Shown piece after piece: positions 32,793 to 42,002 of a stretch of DNA of 64,000 nt. Position 1 is the stretch's first letter. Each line of letters begins with the position of its first letter. The notes under the pieces were generated by a model. It was not told where the DNA came from. It ran no database searches and worked only from the letters and a program-made list of their open reading frames with translations. A program made the translations under genes and the position numbers. This stretch comes from an uncultured Chthonomonadaceae bacterium (GTDB taxonomy: Bacteria > Armatimonadota > Chthonomonadetes > Chthonomonadales > Chthonomonadaceae): NCBI GenBank assembly GCA_963835065.1, contig CAWIEK010000016.1, forward strand, positions 120,329 through 184,328. Direction: 5' to 3'.

Positions 32793-33326
32793 CTACGAAT
32801 TTTGTTCTGTATGGTATTGACCCTTACCCTCTGATTGATTAGTATGCCCAACCTCGGCAGGGGCGTAGTGGAAAACCATATCCAGCAAGGCAGGAATGTT
32901 TTGCCAGCTATAGTCCTGAACGCGCAACAACTTTGTCTTGCTTCGGATCACGGCCTGCTTATGGCCGCGTGCTTGCGGCTGGATGGACACTTCTGTAATC
33001 TCATCCCACCCAAGCATTTGCCACTTTCCCAGATCCCGCCAGCGCAGGCTTGTTGCATCAGCAAGAATGCAGGCCCGCAACTCATGGGCGGCTCCCCAAA
33101 CCGCAAGGCTCCACAAGCCGGCCACTATCACGCCCAACAAGCGCCAGGTGGAAACATCTGTTGGCGGTATCGGATGAGCGGGCGTCTGCGCGGAACGGAC
33201 GATAACAGGCAGCAGCAGAAATCCACACCCACATACAAAGAAGATACCCGCGTACGCCCATCCTAATCCACCTGCGGGGCGGCACGTCACTAAAGGCGGC
33301 TGTTCCATCTTAATTTCTTTTCGCAT
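32793..33326 (-). CDS. Two-TM protein with bacterial PH-like domain
   Basis: Two hydrophobic helices then WDEITEV motif. Confidence 0.65.
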   Translation of the reverse strand: MRKEIKMEQPPLVTCRPAGGLGWAYAGIFFVCGCGFLLLPVIVRSAQTPAHPIPPTDVSTWRLLGVIVAGLWSLAVWGAAHELRACILADATSLRWRDLGKWQMLGWDEITEVSIQPQARGHKQAVIRSKTKLLRVQDYSWQNIPALLDMVFHYAPAEVGHTNQSEGKGQYHTEQNS

Positions 33327-33358
33327 TGTTTGGAAAATTGCGCGTCTGACAGCGCATT

Positions 33359-34657
33359 TTACAAATTTTTGCCCAGCATGGAATCAAACAAGGGCTGCAT
33401 CGCATCTGCCCATACCTGATAGCCTGCCCCAACCAGATGCAGTTGATCGGCGTTGTACAGTTTCGGCATCACCACGCCGGGCGCGGACATAAACTGCGGC
33501 CCCAAATCCAGAAACCGTACCTGTCGGTTCCGGCCCGCCAGTTTGGAAATTGTGAGATTGATGTTGGCGATGCGCTGGCAAAAGTATTCGTTCTGGCGCG
33601 GCAGCAATCCCATCAGCAGCACTCTCACGTTGGGCAGTTTTTGGCGCAACTCGTCCACGATCAGCCCGATGCCATCCGCGATTTCCCCATCCGTGCCCGC
33701 GTTGAAGTCGCTGTACAGGTTGTTCGTGCCAATCATCAGCACCACCAGTTTCGGATGCAGGCCGTCCAGTTCGCCATGCGTGATACGCCACAAGACCTGC
33801 CGCGTACTGTCGCCGCCCATGCCGAAATTGACAGCTTTGTAGGGCGCGTAACGCTTGTCCCAGATCGCTTTGCCATCAATCCCCCACCCCTGCGTGATGC
33901 TGTCTCCATAAAAAATCACGTCTATGTCGCCCCGTTTCGCCCGCTCCACAAAACCTTGGTGCGTGGCAAGCCAGGCGTTGGGAAACTGCGGGTAAAAGCC
34001 CCATCCCGGCACAGCAGGCTTGTCTTTTTCAGGCGGGCCGCTTGTCATTGCATCGCCGGACGTTCCCTTATCTATGGCAGTGGAGGCTTCATGTACTTCG
34101 TCCAGCCACGCGCTGCCATTGCCTTCCACCAGCAGCCCGATGTTGAAAGAAGCTGTCCAGGGCGGCAAGGTGATTTCTTTCGCAAACGCGATCCAGTCCG
34201 TTTCGCCCTGCGCGTACTTGACCTGTATGAATTGGTTCTGCTTGTTTCCCTCGGCAAACGCCTGCACCATCACCTGCGCCTTCACCGCCCCGGACGTCTT
34301 GAACCATCCGGCCAGGGTAAACTTCGCCCCCGCGCCGCCCGTGATTGTCTGGAAACCCGACCCGCTTTTGCCGCCCGACACGGAAACGCGAAACGAAGCC
34401 GGCCCGGTTTTGAAAACCCGCGTATCCCGCGCCAACTGCGCATCCCCGAATTTGCCGTTCCACGCGGCGGGCACATCCCCGCCCTGCGTCATTCCGCCGT
34501 TCTTAATGACAAGTTTGAACGCGGCAGCCGAACTGCCCGCATTGCCCGGTTTCGCCTGAGCCAATGCCTGCATCCCTGCCTGATTCAGCAGGAGAAACAG
34601 GAACAGGCCCGCCGCGCCTATTTGGTAGAACCTTTGAAAAGTTGTGTTTGTTTGCAT
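33359..34657 (-). CDS. Secreted SGNH/GDSL esterase with N-terminal CBM-like domain
   Basis: GDSIT, GMGGD, IGTNN, DQLH. Confidence 0.9.
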   Translation of the reverse strand: MQTNTTFQRFYQIGAAGLFLFLLLNQAGMQALAQAKPGNAGSSAAAFKLVIKNGGMTQGGDVPAAWNGKFGDAQLARDTRVFKTGPASFRVSVSGGKSGSGFQTITGGAGAKFTLAGWFKTSGAVKAQVMVQAFAEGNKQNQFIQVKYAQGETDWIAFAKEITLPPWTASFNIGLLVEGNGSAWLDEVHEASTAIDKGTSGDAMTSGPPEKDKPAVPGWGFYPQFPNAWLATHQGFVERAKRGDIDVIFYGDSITQGWGIDGKAIWDKRYAPYKAVNFGMGGDSTRQVLWRITHGELDGLHPKLVVLMIGTNNLYSDFNAGTDGEIADGIGLIVDELRQKLPNVRVLLMGLLPRQNEYFCQRIANINLTISKLAGRNRQVRFLDLGPQFMSAPGVVMPKLYNADQLHLVGAGYQVWADAMQPLFDSMLGKNL

Positions 34658-34763
34658 TGCAGGTCATCCTCGCTTCTGCTGGAGTTTTTGGAAACATACA
34701 TGCAGAGCGTTCTCTGTATGTTGGCTTAATTCCTGCATGAAATATAGTTTAGGGGAATGGATA

Positions 34764-34882
34764 CCGGAGATTGAAAATTCCCGTCTGAACAAAACAAACG
34801 TCATGAGGACGCGATTGTGTTATTTTGAATTGTGCGTCCGCAGGACGCTTGCACTTTCCTGCCGGGGATTTTCAATCCCCGG
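34764..34882. repeat. REPIN-like element copy B
   Basis: See copy A. Confidence 0.85.
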
Positions 34883-35015
34883 CCAGTATTTCACAGCAAG
34901 CGTTTTCAACACCTGGCGCGAGGCTACAATTTTGTTGAGCAGGAAATCGGCGGCGACACGGCGAAAAGAATACAAGATACGCGAAATTTCTCTGCCCGAA
35001 GGAGGGTCTTGAATC

Positions 35016-36572
35016 ATGTTGTTCGTACTTGCGCTGGCCGCGCTGCTCCATACCGCGCCGCGCCTGCAAGCGCCCGCCATTCACTTTACCATTGATGAGT
35101 CAAGCCGTCGCGCACCCATTTCCCCTTACATTTATGGAACCAATCAGCCCGAATGGGAAGGAGCCGCGCATGGCCTGACGCTCACGCGCATCGGCGGCAA
35201 CCGCTGGACAGCCTACAATTGGGAAACCAACGCTTCCAACGCGGGCAACGACTACATGCACCAGAACGATGGCTATTTGGGTGGCGGGGATACGCCGGGC
35301 GAGGCTGTTCGTCCCGCCATCGCCGCCGCCTTGAAAGCGGGCGCGGCGGTTATCGTCACCGTACCGATAGCCGGTTACGTGTCCGCCGACAAACGGGGCG
35401 ACGGCGACGTGAACAAAACGCCGGATTACCTGCATACCCGCTTTCTCAAATCCCTGCCGCGCAAGCCGACGCCGTTCGTTTACCCGCCCGATACCCACGA
35501 CAACGTGGTGTATCAGGACGAGTTTGTATCCTGGCTGGAAAAAACCTTCCCGACGCAGAACGGACAACATCAGTTGTTCTACTCGCTGGACAACGAACCG
35601 GATTTATGGGACAACACCCATGCGCGGCTGCGAACCCAAAAACTGACGTATGCGGAAATGCTGCAAAGGTCGGTAGAGTATGGACGCGCCATCAAGGCGG
35701 CAGCGCCCGGCAGCCTTATTTTCGGACCGGCCAGTTATGGCTGGAACGGATTTCAAACGCTGTCAAACGCGACGGACGCGAACGGACGCAATTTCCTCGA
35801 CTTCTATCTGGCGGGCATGAGGGACGCCGACAAAACAGGCGGAACGCGCCTCCTGGACGCCCTGGACGTGCATTGGTACCCGGAAGCGCAGGGTGGCGGC
35901 AAGCGCATCACGGAAGGCGGCAACGGCGAAGAGGTTGTCCGCGCCCGCTTGCAGGCTCCCCGTTCGCTGTGGGATGCCGCGTATACGGAAGACTCGTGGA
36001 TCACGCGCGACGCTATTCACGCGCCCATCCGCCTGCTGCCGCGCTTGAAGGAGCAGATCGCCAAGAACTATCCCGGCACGAAACTTGCCATCACGGAATA
36101 CAACTACGGCGGCGGCAACCACATCTCCGGCGCAATTGCTGAAGCGGACGCGCTGGGCATTTTCGGGCGCGAAGGCGTGTTTGCCGCCGCCTTGTGGCAG
36201 TTGGCAAAGGACGAGAGTTTCCTTTATGGCGCGTTTGCCATGTACCGCAATTTCGACGGCAAGGATGGGCGCTTCGGGAACATCATGGTCGCCGCCGACA
36301 CCAACGACATAGAGAAAACTTCCGTGTACGCCAGCGTGGACACCGCGCATCCGGGCCGCATGGTCATTGTCGCGCTGAACAAAACGCAAAGCCCGCTGTC
36401 CACAGAGTGGACGATTAACTCCAAAACAGCGTATCGCGCGATGAAACGGTATCACTTAACCGACGTATCCCCACGCCCCCGGCCTTTCGGCGAGTCCAAG
36501 CTGCTCGAAGGCAAAAAACTGTTCTTTGCCCTGGAGCCGATGAGCGTCACGACCCTGCTTCTGGAGCAATAG
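35016..36572 (+). CDS. GH44 endoglucanase-like protein
   Basis: ISPYIYG, RIGGNRWTAYNWETN, LDNEP, DVHWYPE, ITEYN. Confidence 0.9.
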   Translation: MLFVLALAALLHTAPRLQAPAIHFTIDESSRRAPISPYIYGTNQPEWEGAAHGLTLTRIGGNRWTAYNWETNASNAGNDYMHQNDGYLGGGDTPGEAVRPAIAAALKAGAAVIVTVPIAGYVSADKRGDGDVNKTPDYLHTRFLKSLPRKPTPFVYPPDTHDNVVYQDEFVSWLEKTFPTQNGQHQLFYSLDNEPDLWDNTHARLRTQKLTYAEMLQRSVEYGRAIKAAAPGSLIFGPASYGWNGFQTLSNATDANGRNFLDFYLAGMRDADKTGGTRLLDALDVHWYPEAQGGGKRITEGGNGEEVVRARLQAPRSLWDAAYTEDSWITRDAIHAPIRLLPRLKEQIAKNYPGTKLAITEYNYGGGNHISGAIAEADALGIFGREGVFAAALWQLAKDESFLYGAFAMYRNFDGKDGRFGNIMVAADTNDIEKTSVYASVDTAHPGRMVIVALNKTQSPLSTEWTINSKTAYRAMKRYHLTDVSPRPRPFGESKLLEGKKLFFALEPMSVTTLLLEQ

Positions 36573-36689
36573 GAGCGCGATATACAAAGCGGCCAGGAGC
36601 ATAAAACTACTTTTGGGATTGGGCGCAAATATCTGTCTTGTGCCCTACAGGGCGTCAGGCGGCGTTCCTGGCAGCTTTTTCTAATTCTC

Positions 36690-36719
36690 TTGACAATGAA
36701 CCGTTGATTGCGTTATACT
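36690..36719 (+). promoter_or_regulatory. Sigma70-type promoter
   Basis: TTGACA-N18-TATACT. Confidence 0.6.
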
Positions 36720-37350
36720 TGTTTTTGTAGTTTCTTCAACATTCAGACACGCTTCTGTTGCGGCAGCAGTCCCACTTATGCCGCAGAAAGGACATGCGCA
36801 ACCGACGTTTTCAGCAAAATGCGCGGCTACAGCGAATTTCGCGCCCGACCCAAAGGCGCGTTCCGTCTGCGTATCCTCTTTACCGCTTTAAATGTTCGCT
36901 CGCCGTGTCCTCTGCTGTCCATTCGGGCTGCGTTCACTTCTGCCGCAGCCACTTCCCAAACGACTTTTCGCTCCATTTCCGCGCCGGCCTTCTGACTGTT
37001 CCCGTTTGCGCCAACCCAATCGCTTTCTGTAACTGCCGAGCTATGCGCTTAACACGCTGTCTCGGCGCGTTTGCGTTTGGCCGTCAAACAGGTGACGGTT
37101 CAGTAACTGTTCCCTGCGCAGAAACGCTACGCGCAAAGTTGCGGGCCTGCAATGGCTCCAAATCCATGACAACATTCGTCAACACATCCAACAGCAGCAA
37201 GCCTGCCAACACCCACCCGTCCAAGCGACCAACACCCAACACCGAAGCCCCAATACCGAATACCTGAACACCCGAACCCCCAACCCTCTCCTCAACAAGC
37301 CGCGCATCATCTACAGCCGCAACAACATCCTCATCCGCCGCATCCGCGCG

Positions 37351-38142
37351 TTGCAGCAACGGGAGGAACGGGAACGCACCGGCAAGTTTTTCGTGACCGG
37401 CCTGCGCTTCATAATACAGGCGCATCAGCAGGGGGCACACATCGAGTCGCTTTTTGTGTCGCCTCCACTGCTCGTCAGTGTGCCGGGACAGCGCCTTGTC
37501 CGCAAATTGCGAATGGCAGGAACGCCCGTTTACGAAGTGCCTCCCGAAGTGCTGCACAGTATCTCGCTCGTGGACGATCCGCAGGGATTGGGAGCCGTCA
37601 TCCGGCAGCAATGGCAAACATTGGACACCCTGCGCCCCGGCAAAGAACTATGTTGGCTCGCCCTCGACACCGTGCAGTCTCCCGGCAATCTCGGAACAAT
37701 TCTCCGCTCCTGTGACGCGGTCGGTTGCGCGGGCGTGATTTTGTTGGGCGAGGCCACTGACCCTTATGAGCCGTGCGCGGTGCGGGCAAGCATGGGCGCT
37801 TGCTTCGCGCAGAAATTCATCCGCGCCACTCCCGCCGACTTTCTGGCGTGGAAACAAAAACACAAATGTACTCTCGTTGGAACGTCGCCGCATACCGGTG
37901 AGGATTACCAGCAGGCCGCGTACCCTGCGCCCGTCGTGCTGTTCATGGGCAGTGAGCGCAAGGGCCTGTCTTCGGAACTCCAAGATCTGTGTGACGGCAT
38001 GGTGAAAATCCCTATGGTCGGAACCAGCGACTCGCTCAACCTCGCCATCGCCACCAGCGTCCTGCTGTACGAAGTGTTCAACCAGAGGCGCGGGGAGAAA
38101 CCAGACAGGGAGAAGAGGAGACAGGGAGACAAGGAGATGTAG
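37351..38142 (+). CDS. TrmH/SpoU family RNA methyltransferase (true start probably upstream; frame is open further 5')
   Basis: PGNLGTILR, GSERKGL, IPM, SLNLA. Confidence 0.9.
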   Translation: MQQREERERTGKFFVTGLRFIIQAHQQGAHIESLFVSPPLLVSVPGQRLVRKLRMAGTPVYEVPPEVLHSISLVDDPQGLGAVIRQQWQTLDTLRPGKELCWLALDTVQSPGNLGTILRSCDAVGCAGVILLGEATDPYEPCAVRASMGACFAQKFIRATPADFLAWKQKHKCTLVGTSPHTGEDYQQAAYPAPVVLFMGSERKGLSSELQDLCDGMVKIPMVGTSDSLNLAIATSVLLYEVFNQRRGEKPDREKRRQGDKEM

Positions 38143-38185
38143 AAACCGCCAAAGACGCTAAATAAACGAAAAACAAAAAAGAGTA

Positions 38186-38215
38186 GGGAAGAAATTGAAT
38201 AGAGGGGGCGTCTAA
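38186..38215 (+). promoter_or_regulatory. Possible ECF-type promoter of the sigma gene
   Basis: GGGAAG ... CGTCTAA upstream of the ECF gene. Confidence 0.4.
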
Positions 38216-38252
38216 GGGGTGAAGGACTGCTGGAAATGCTGATGCCTGGCTG

Positions 38253-38852
38253 GTGTTGAGGATGGGGATGGATGCTTGCGCGGTGACTGTCAATGTCGAA
38301 CGAACGCCTTTTCTGGATGACCGGACATTTGCCGCGTGTCGGCAAGGCGACCGGGCGGCTTTTCGCTGTCTCTTCGAGGCGTACAAAGATCGCATTTTCA
38401 GTGTTGCGGTCTACTTCCTTGATGGCGATGTGGCAATGGCCGAAGACATTTCACAGGATGTGTTTGTGCGGGTATACACGCGCCTGGCGCAGTTTCGCTG
38501 CGAGGCGGAGTTCACCACCTGGCTGTACCGCCTGACGGCAAACGCCTGCATGGACGAGTTCCGCAGACGCAAGCGGCGTCCGGTCACGACCGCTTTGGAG
38601 GAAGGCGCTTGCGTGACGGGAGAAAGCCCCTGTTCCGCGTTTGCGCAGCTGGAAATCAGCGCCACCATCCGCGACGCGCTGAATGAACTGCCGCCGGACA
38701 TGCGCCTGACCGTGCTGCTGCGCTACTTTGAAGATATGTCGTATGAGGACATCGCCGACGCGCTGCACTGTTCCCAGGGAACCGTCGCGTCGCGTCTGAA
38801 CCGCAGCCTGAAAGCATTAGCCCGCAAGCTGGCACATTTACGGGAGGAGTAA
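38253..38852 (+). CDS. ECF sigma-70 family factor
   Basis: AEDISQDVF, FTTWLYR, SYEDIA, GTVASRLNR. Confidence 0.92.
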   Translation: MLRMGMDACAVTVNVERTPFLDDRTFAACRQGDRAAFRCLFEAYKDRIFSVAVYFLDGDVAMAEDISQDVFVRVYTRLAQFRCEAEFTTWLYRLTANACMDEFRRRKRRPVTTALEEGACVTGESPCSAFAQLEISATIRDALNELPPDMRLTVLLRYFEDMSYEDIADALHCSQGTVASRLNRSLKALARKLAHLREE

Positions 38853-38977
38853 GGGTTCAGAGGTGTTCAGGTATTCAGGTATTCGGATATTCAGGTGTTC
38901 TGTATTGATATGACTTGGTAATAGTCTACAGTGTGTAGAAAATAACTATTCCTGAACACCCGAACACCTGAATACCA
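38853..38977. repeat. Inverted octamer array (GGTRTTCA)n ... (YGAAYACC)n
   Basis: Read directly, between sigma and anti-sigma genes. Confidence 0.9.
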
Positions 38978-38993
38978 ACACAAAAGAGGAGTT

Positions 38994-40187
38994 GTGGTGG
39001 GAAGTCGGTTGAGGGAAAAGCATGTGACGCGACGGCTGCCGGTCTATCTGGAAGGGACGCTTGCGCCCGATCAACAGGCGCGCGTGGAACGCCATCTGGC
39101 GCGGTGCGCGTCGTGTCGGCAAAGACTAAAGGCGCTGCAATCCGCGCGTATCGCCCTGGCAGACGCAGCCGTTGTTCCTGCCCCGGAAACGCTCTGGAGC
39201 GGCATCGAATCGCGCCTGCCTGCCGCTTCCGTTCCTGAATCCAGTAAAATTCCCCGGCCCAATCCTTCCTTTTTCATTTGGAAGCGACATTCCAGAAGTC
39301 GGTTTAACCGGGTGACGCTTTCACTGGCAGGCGCATTGCTGATAACATGTATGGCAGGAGACTTAATGCCGGGCAAACGATTTCAGCGCGAAAGCGCCGA
39401 CGCGCGGCCTCCTCTAACCGTCTCATGGAAAGCCAATTCGTGGCAAGTCAGTCGCCTGCGGGGAGCGCCGATTGTGGGCCGCGCGATTGTTGCCGGTGTC
39501 GCGCGCCTCCAGGAAGGCGAAAGCTTGGTGACAGGAGCAGGGGACAGCGCCCGCGTTCAGGTGGCCGACATTGGGCAGGTGGACGTTGCGCCCAACTCGC
39601 GCCTGCGCCTGGTACGCGCGCAGAACAATCTGCACCGTCTCGCTCTGGATCGGGGCCAACTCAGCGCGCATGTGGTTGCGCCGCCGCGCCTGTTCCTGGT
39701 GGATACGCCCTCTGCGGTGGCGGTGGATTTGGGCTGCGCGTATACCCTGCGCGTAGACGATGCGGGCAACACGCGCCTACAAGTGACGACGGGCAGCGTA
39801 TCGCTGGAAGGCAGCGAGCAGGCGATTACCGTCACTGCCGGAAGTGTCTGCCTGACGCGCAAGGGCAAAGGAACCGGGACGCCGTTTGCCGCCAACGCGC
39901 CCGCCGCCTTCCAGTCTGCCCTTCAGCGTTTTGACTTTGAAAACGGTGGCGACAGCGCCCTGAAGGACATTCTCCAATCAGCGCGTTCGCAAGATGCCCT
40001 GACGCTGTTCTATTTGCTGCCGCGCGTGTCTCTCTTCCAGCGCGAACGTTTCATCCACCGCCTGATAACTTACTATCCCTTGCCGAAAGGCGTCACGCGG
40101 GTGGGTATCCGCAAACTCGACCCGGACATGCTGGCAAAATGGAAAGCGCAGATTGATTTTCACGGGTACTCAATTATGCAATGGTGA
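38994..40187 (+). CDS. Anti-sigma factor, zf-HC2 plus TM plus FecR-like domain
   Basis: HLARCASC; VDTPSAVAVDLGCAY, VTTGSV. Confidence 0.88.
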   Translation: MVGSRLREKHVTRRLPVYLEGTLAPDQQARVERHLARCASCRQRLKALQSARIALADAAVVPAPETLWSGIESRLPAASVPESSKIPRPNPSFFIWKRHSRSRFNRVTLSLAGALLITCMAGDLMPGKRFQRESADARPPLTVSWKANSWQVSRLRGAPIVGRAIVAGVARLQEGESLVTGAGDSARVQVADIGQVDVAPNSRLRLVRAQNNLHRLALDRGQLSAHVVAPPRLFLVDTPSAVAVDLGCAYTLRVDDAGNTRLQVTTGSVSLEGSEQAITVTAGSVCLTRKGKGTGTPFAANAPAAFQSALQRFDFENGGDSALKDILQSARSQDALTLFYLLPRVSLFQRERFIHRLITYYPLPKGVTRVGIRKLDPDMLAKWKAQIDFHGYSIMQW

Positions 40188-40223
40188 GGATAGTTTTCAG
40201 TTGATAGTTAATATCGCAAGATA

Positions 40224-41654
40224 ATGAAAGGAAAGGCAGACGACATGAAACGAACGAGAATTGGCTGGATGGGACTGGCGATGCTGCTTTCGGGTGGGGC
40301 GATGGCTTCGCCGCCGGATGCGAACCGCGCCGGGGAGCCATTTATTGTACATGAGTGGGGAACCCTGCTCACCATGAACGGCTCGGATGGCGTTGTGCTG
40401 GACAGCATGTACCATGAGGAACATTCGCTGCCCGATTTTGTTCACGCGCTCACGCAGGATCAACTGTACCCGCCCGAAGCGCTGTTCAAGTTCGAGACGC
40501 CGGTGATCTATTTTTATACTGACCGTCCGCGCAGCGTGGATGTCACCGTGAAATTCCTGACAGGCATCTGGACGCACTGGTTCCCGCAGGCCGAAATCGC
40601 GCGCAACTTCATGGCAAAACCGGACGCGAACCCGCCCGCAAAACCCTTTACCTTTTCAACAGGAAAGGAGCCAATTCGCCGGGGAACCCTGCGCTGGAAA
40701 GCGGAACTTCTGCCGCCGACTTCCGCGCTGGAAAGCCTGCTCCCGTACACGTCCGGCGACTCGCTGTGGAACTTTGCGCGGCAAGTGGATGCGGCCTTCG
40801 TCCGCACCGCGCCCAACAGAACTGATGCGCAAGCGAGAAACAGGTCAAAATCACGTACCATCACAGAAGCCGATTTGAACCCGCAATCACCACTCGAAAA
40901 TCGGCAATCGAAAATCGGCAATCAGCAATCGGCAATCAATCCCAACGGGCTGGAAACCGAGCGCTATCTGTTTTATCGGGGCCTGGGAACCGCCCATCTG
41001 CCCCTGCAAGTGAACGCAAGCAACGGCGGAACACTGTCGCTGCCCTCGAATGGCGGCGTCACGCTGACACACCTGTTCGTGCTGCGCGTGGAAAACGGCA
41101 AAGGCGCGTTCCGCTACATTCCCGCCCTCAAACCCGGCGAAAAGCTGGATCACGCGCTGCCGGATACGAGTGCCGCCGAATCTCTGCCCGCTTTTACTTC
41201 CCATGTGAGTGACGCCCTTGCGGCAAAATTGGAAGCAAGCGGCCTGTATGCGAAAGAAGCGCGGGCAATGGTAAACACCTGGCGCAGCAGCTACTTCCAA
41301 TCCAATGGCGTTCGGGTGCTGTACGTGCTGCCGCAAACCTGGACGGAAGCGTTCATCCCGATGCAAATCACGCCCACTCCCGACCGGCTGGTGCGCGTCA
41401 TGGTGGGCCGCACGGAACTGCTCACGCCCGACCGGGAACAGCAAATCACGCAGGCCGTCCGCGCCTGGGCCGGTCCGAACCCCGCACTGCATAACGACGC
41501 GCTCCAAACGCTCCACGCGCAGGGCCGCTATCTCCAGCCTATCCTCCGCCGCCTGCTGCGCACGACGCCGGATGCAGCGGTCAAAGCCAACTGCCGCGCC
41601 CTCCTGCAAACCGCCTGGGTCAACGTCCTCGCCCCCACCGCGCTGACGAAATAA
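40224..41654 (+). CDS. Secreted conserved hypothetical protein with repeat-derived insertion
   Basis: Signal peptide; VHEWGT, ETPVIYFY, LFYRG, GLYAKEARAM motifs. Confidence 0.8.
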   Translation: MKGKADDMKRTRIGWMGLAMLLSGGAMASPPDANRAGEPFIVHEWGTLLTMNGSDGVVLDSMYHEEHSLPDFVHALTQDQLYPPEALFKFETPVIYFYTDRPRSVDVTVKFLTGIWTHWFPQAEIARNFMAKPDANPPAKPFTFSTGKEPIRRGTLRWKAELLPPTSALESLLPYTSGDSLWNFARQVDAAFVRTAPNRTDAQARNRSKSRTITEADLNPQSPLENRQSKIGNQQSAINPNGLETERYLFYRGLGTAHLPLQVNASNGGTLSLPSNGGVTLTHLFVLRVENGKGAFRYIPALKPGEKLDHALPDTSAAESLPAFTSHVSDALAAKLEASGLYAKEARAMVNTWRSSYFQSNGVRVLYVLPQTWTEAFIPMQITPTPDRLVRVMVGRTELLTPDREQQITQAVRAWAGPNPALHNDALQTLHAQGRYLQPILRRLLRTTPDAAVKANCRALLQTAWVNVLAPTALTK

Positions 41655-41655
41655 A

Positions 41656-41907
41656 CCACGGGGAACACGGAGGACACGGGGAGGGAAAAGGGGAGAAGAA
41701 ATACGTATCACGGATGAAACGGATGAAACGGATGAAACAGATTGACGCGGATAACAGGAAAGCCTCTGATTTGATCCGTGTACATCCGTTTCATCCGAGG
41801 TACGTACTTCTCTCCTGTTCTCTTTTCTAATTCTTCTCCGTGTTCTCCGTGCCCTCCGTGGTTCCCTCTCCCCTTTCCCTCCCCGTGTTCCCCGTGTTCC
41901 CCGTGGT
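41656..41907. repeat. Nested inverted nonamer arrays
   Basis: CACGGRGRA outer and CGGATGAAA inner left arms with matching reverse-complement right arms. Confidence 0.9.
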
Positions 41908-42002
41908 TTCTCCTGTTTTTGGCGGTGTACTCCTTCCGGCGGGTATAATAGAGTGGTTGGAAATTGACTGTGCTGGAGAGGAGCGAGAACTTGAGCGATA
42001 CC

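Noticed and set aside
41656..42002. Glycine riboswitch upstream of gcvP
   Set aside because: Aptamer motifs not found; region is repeat-derived.
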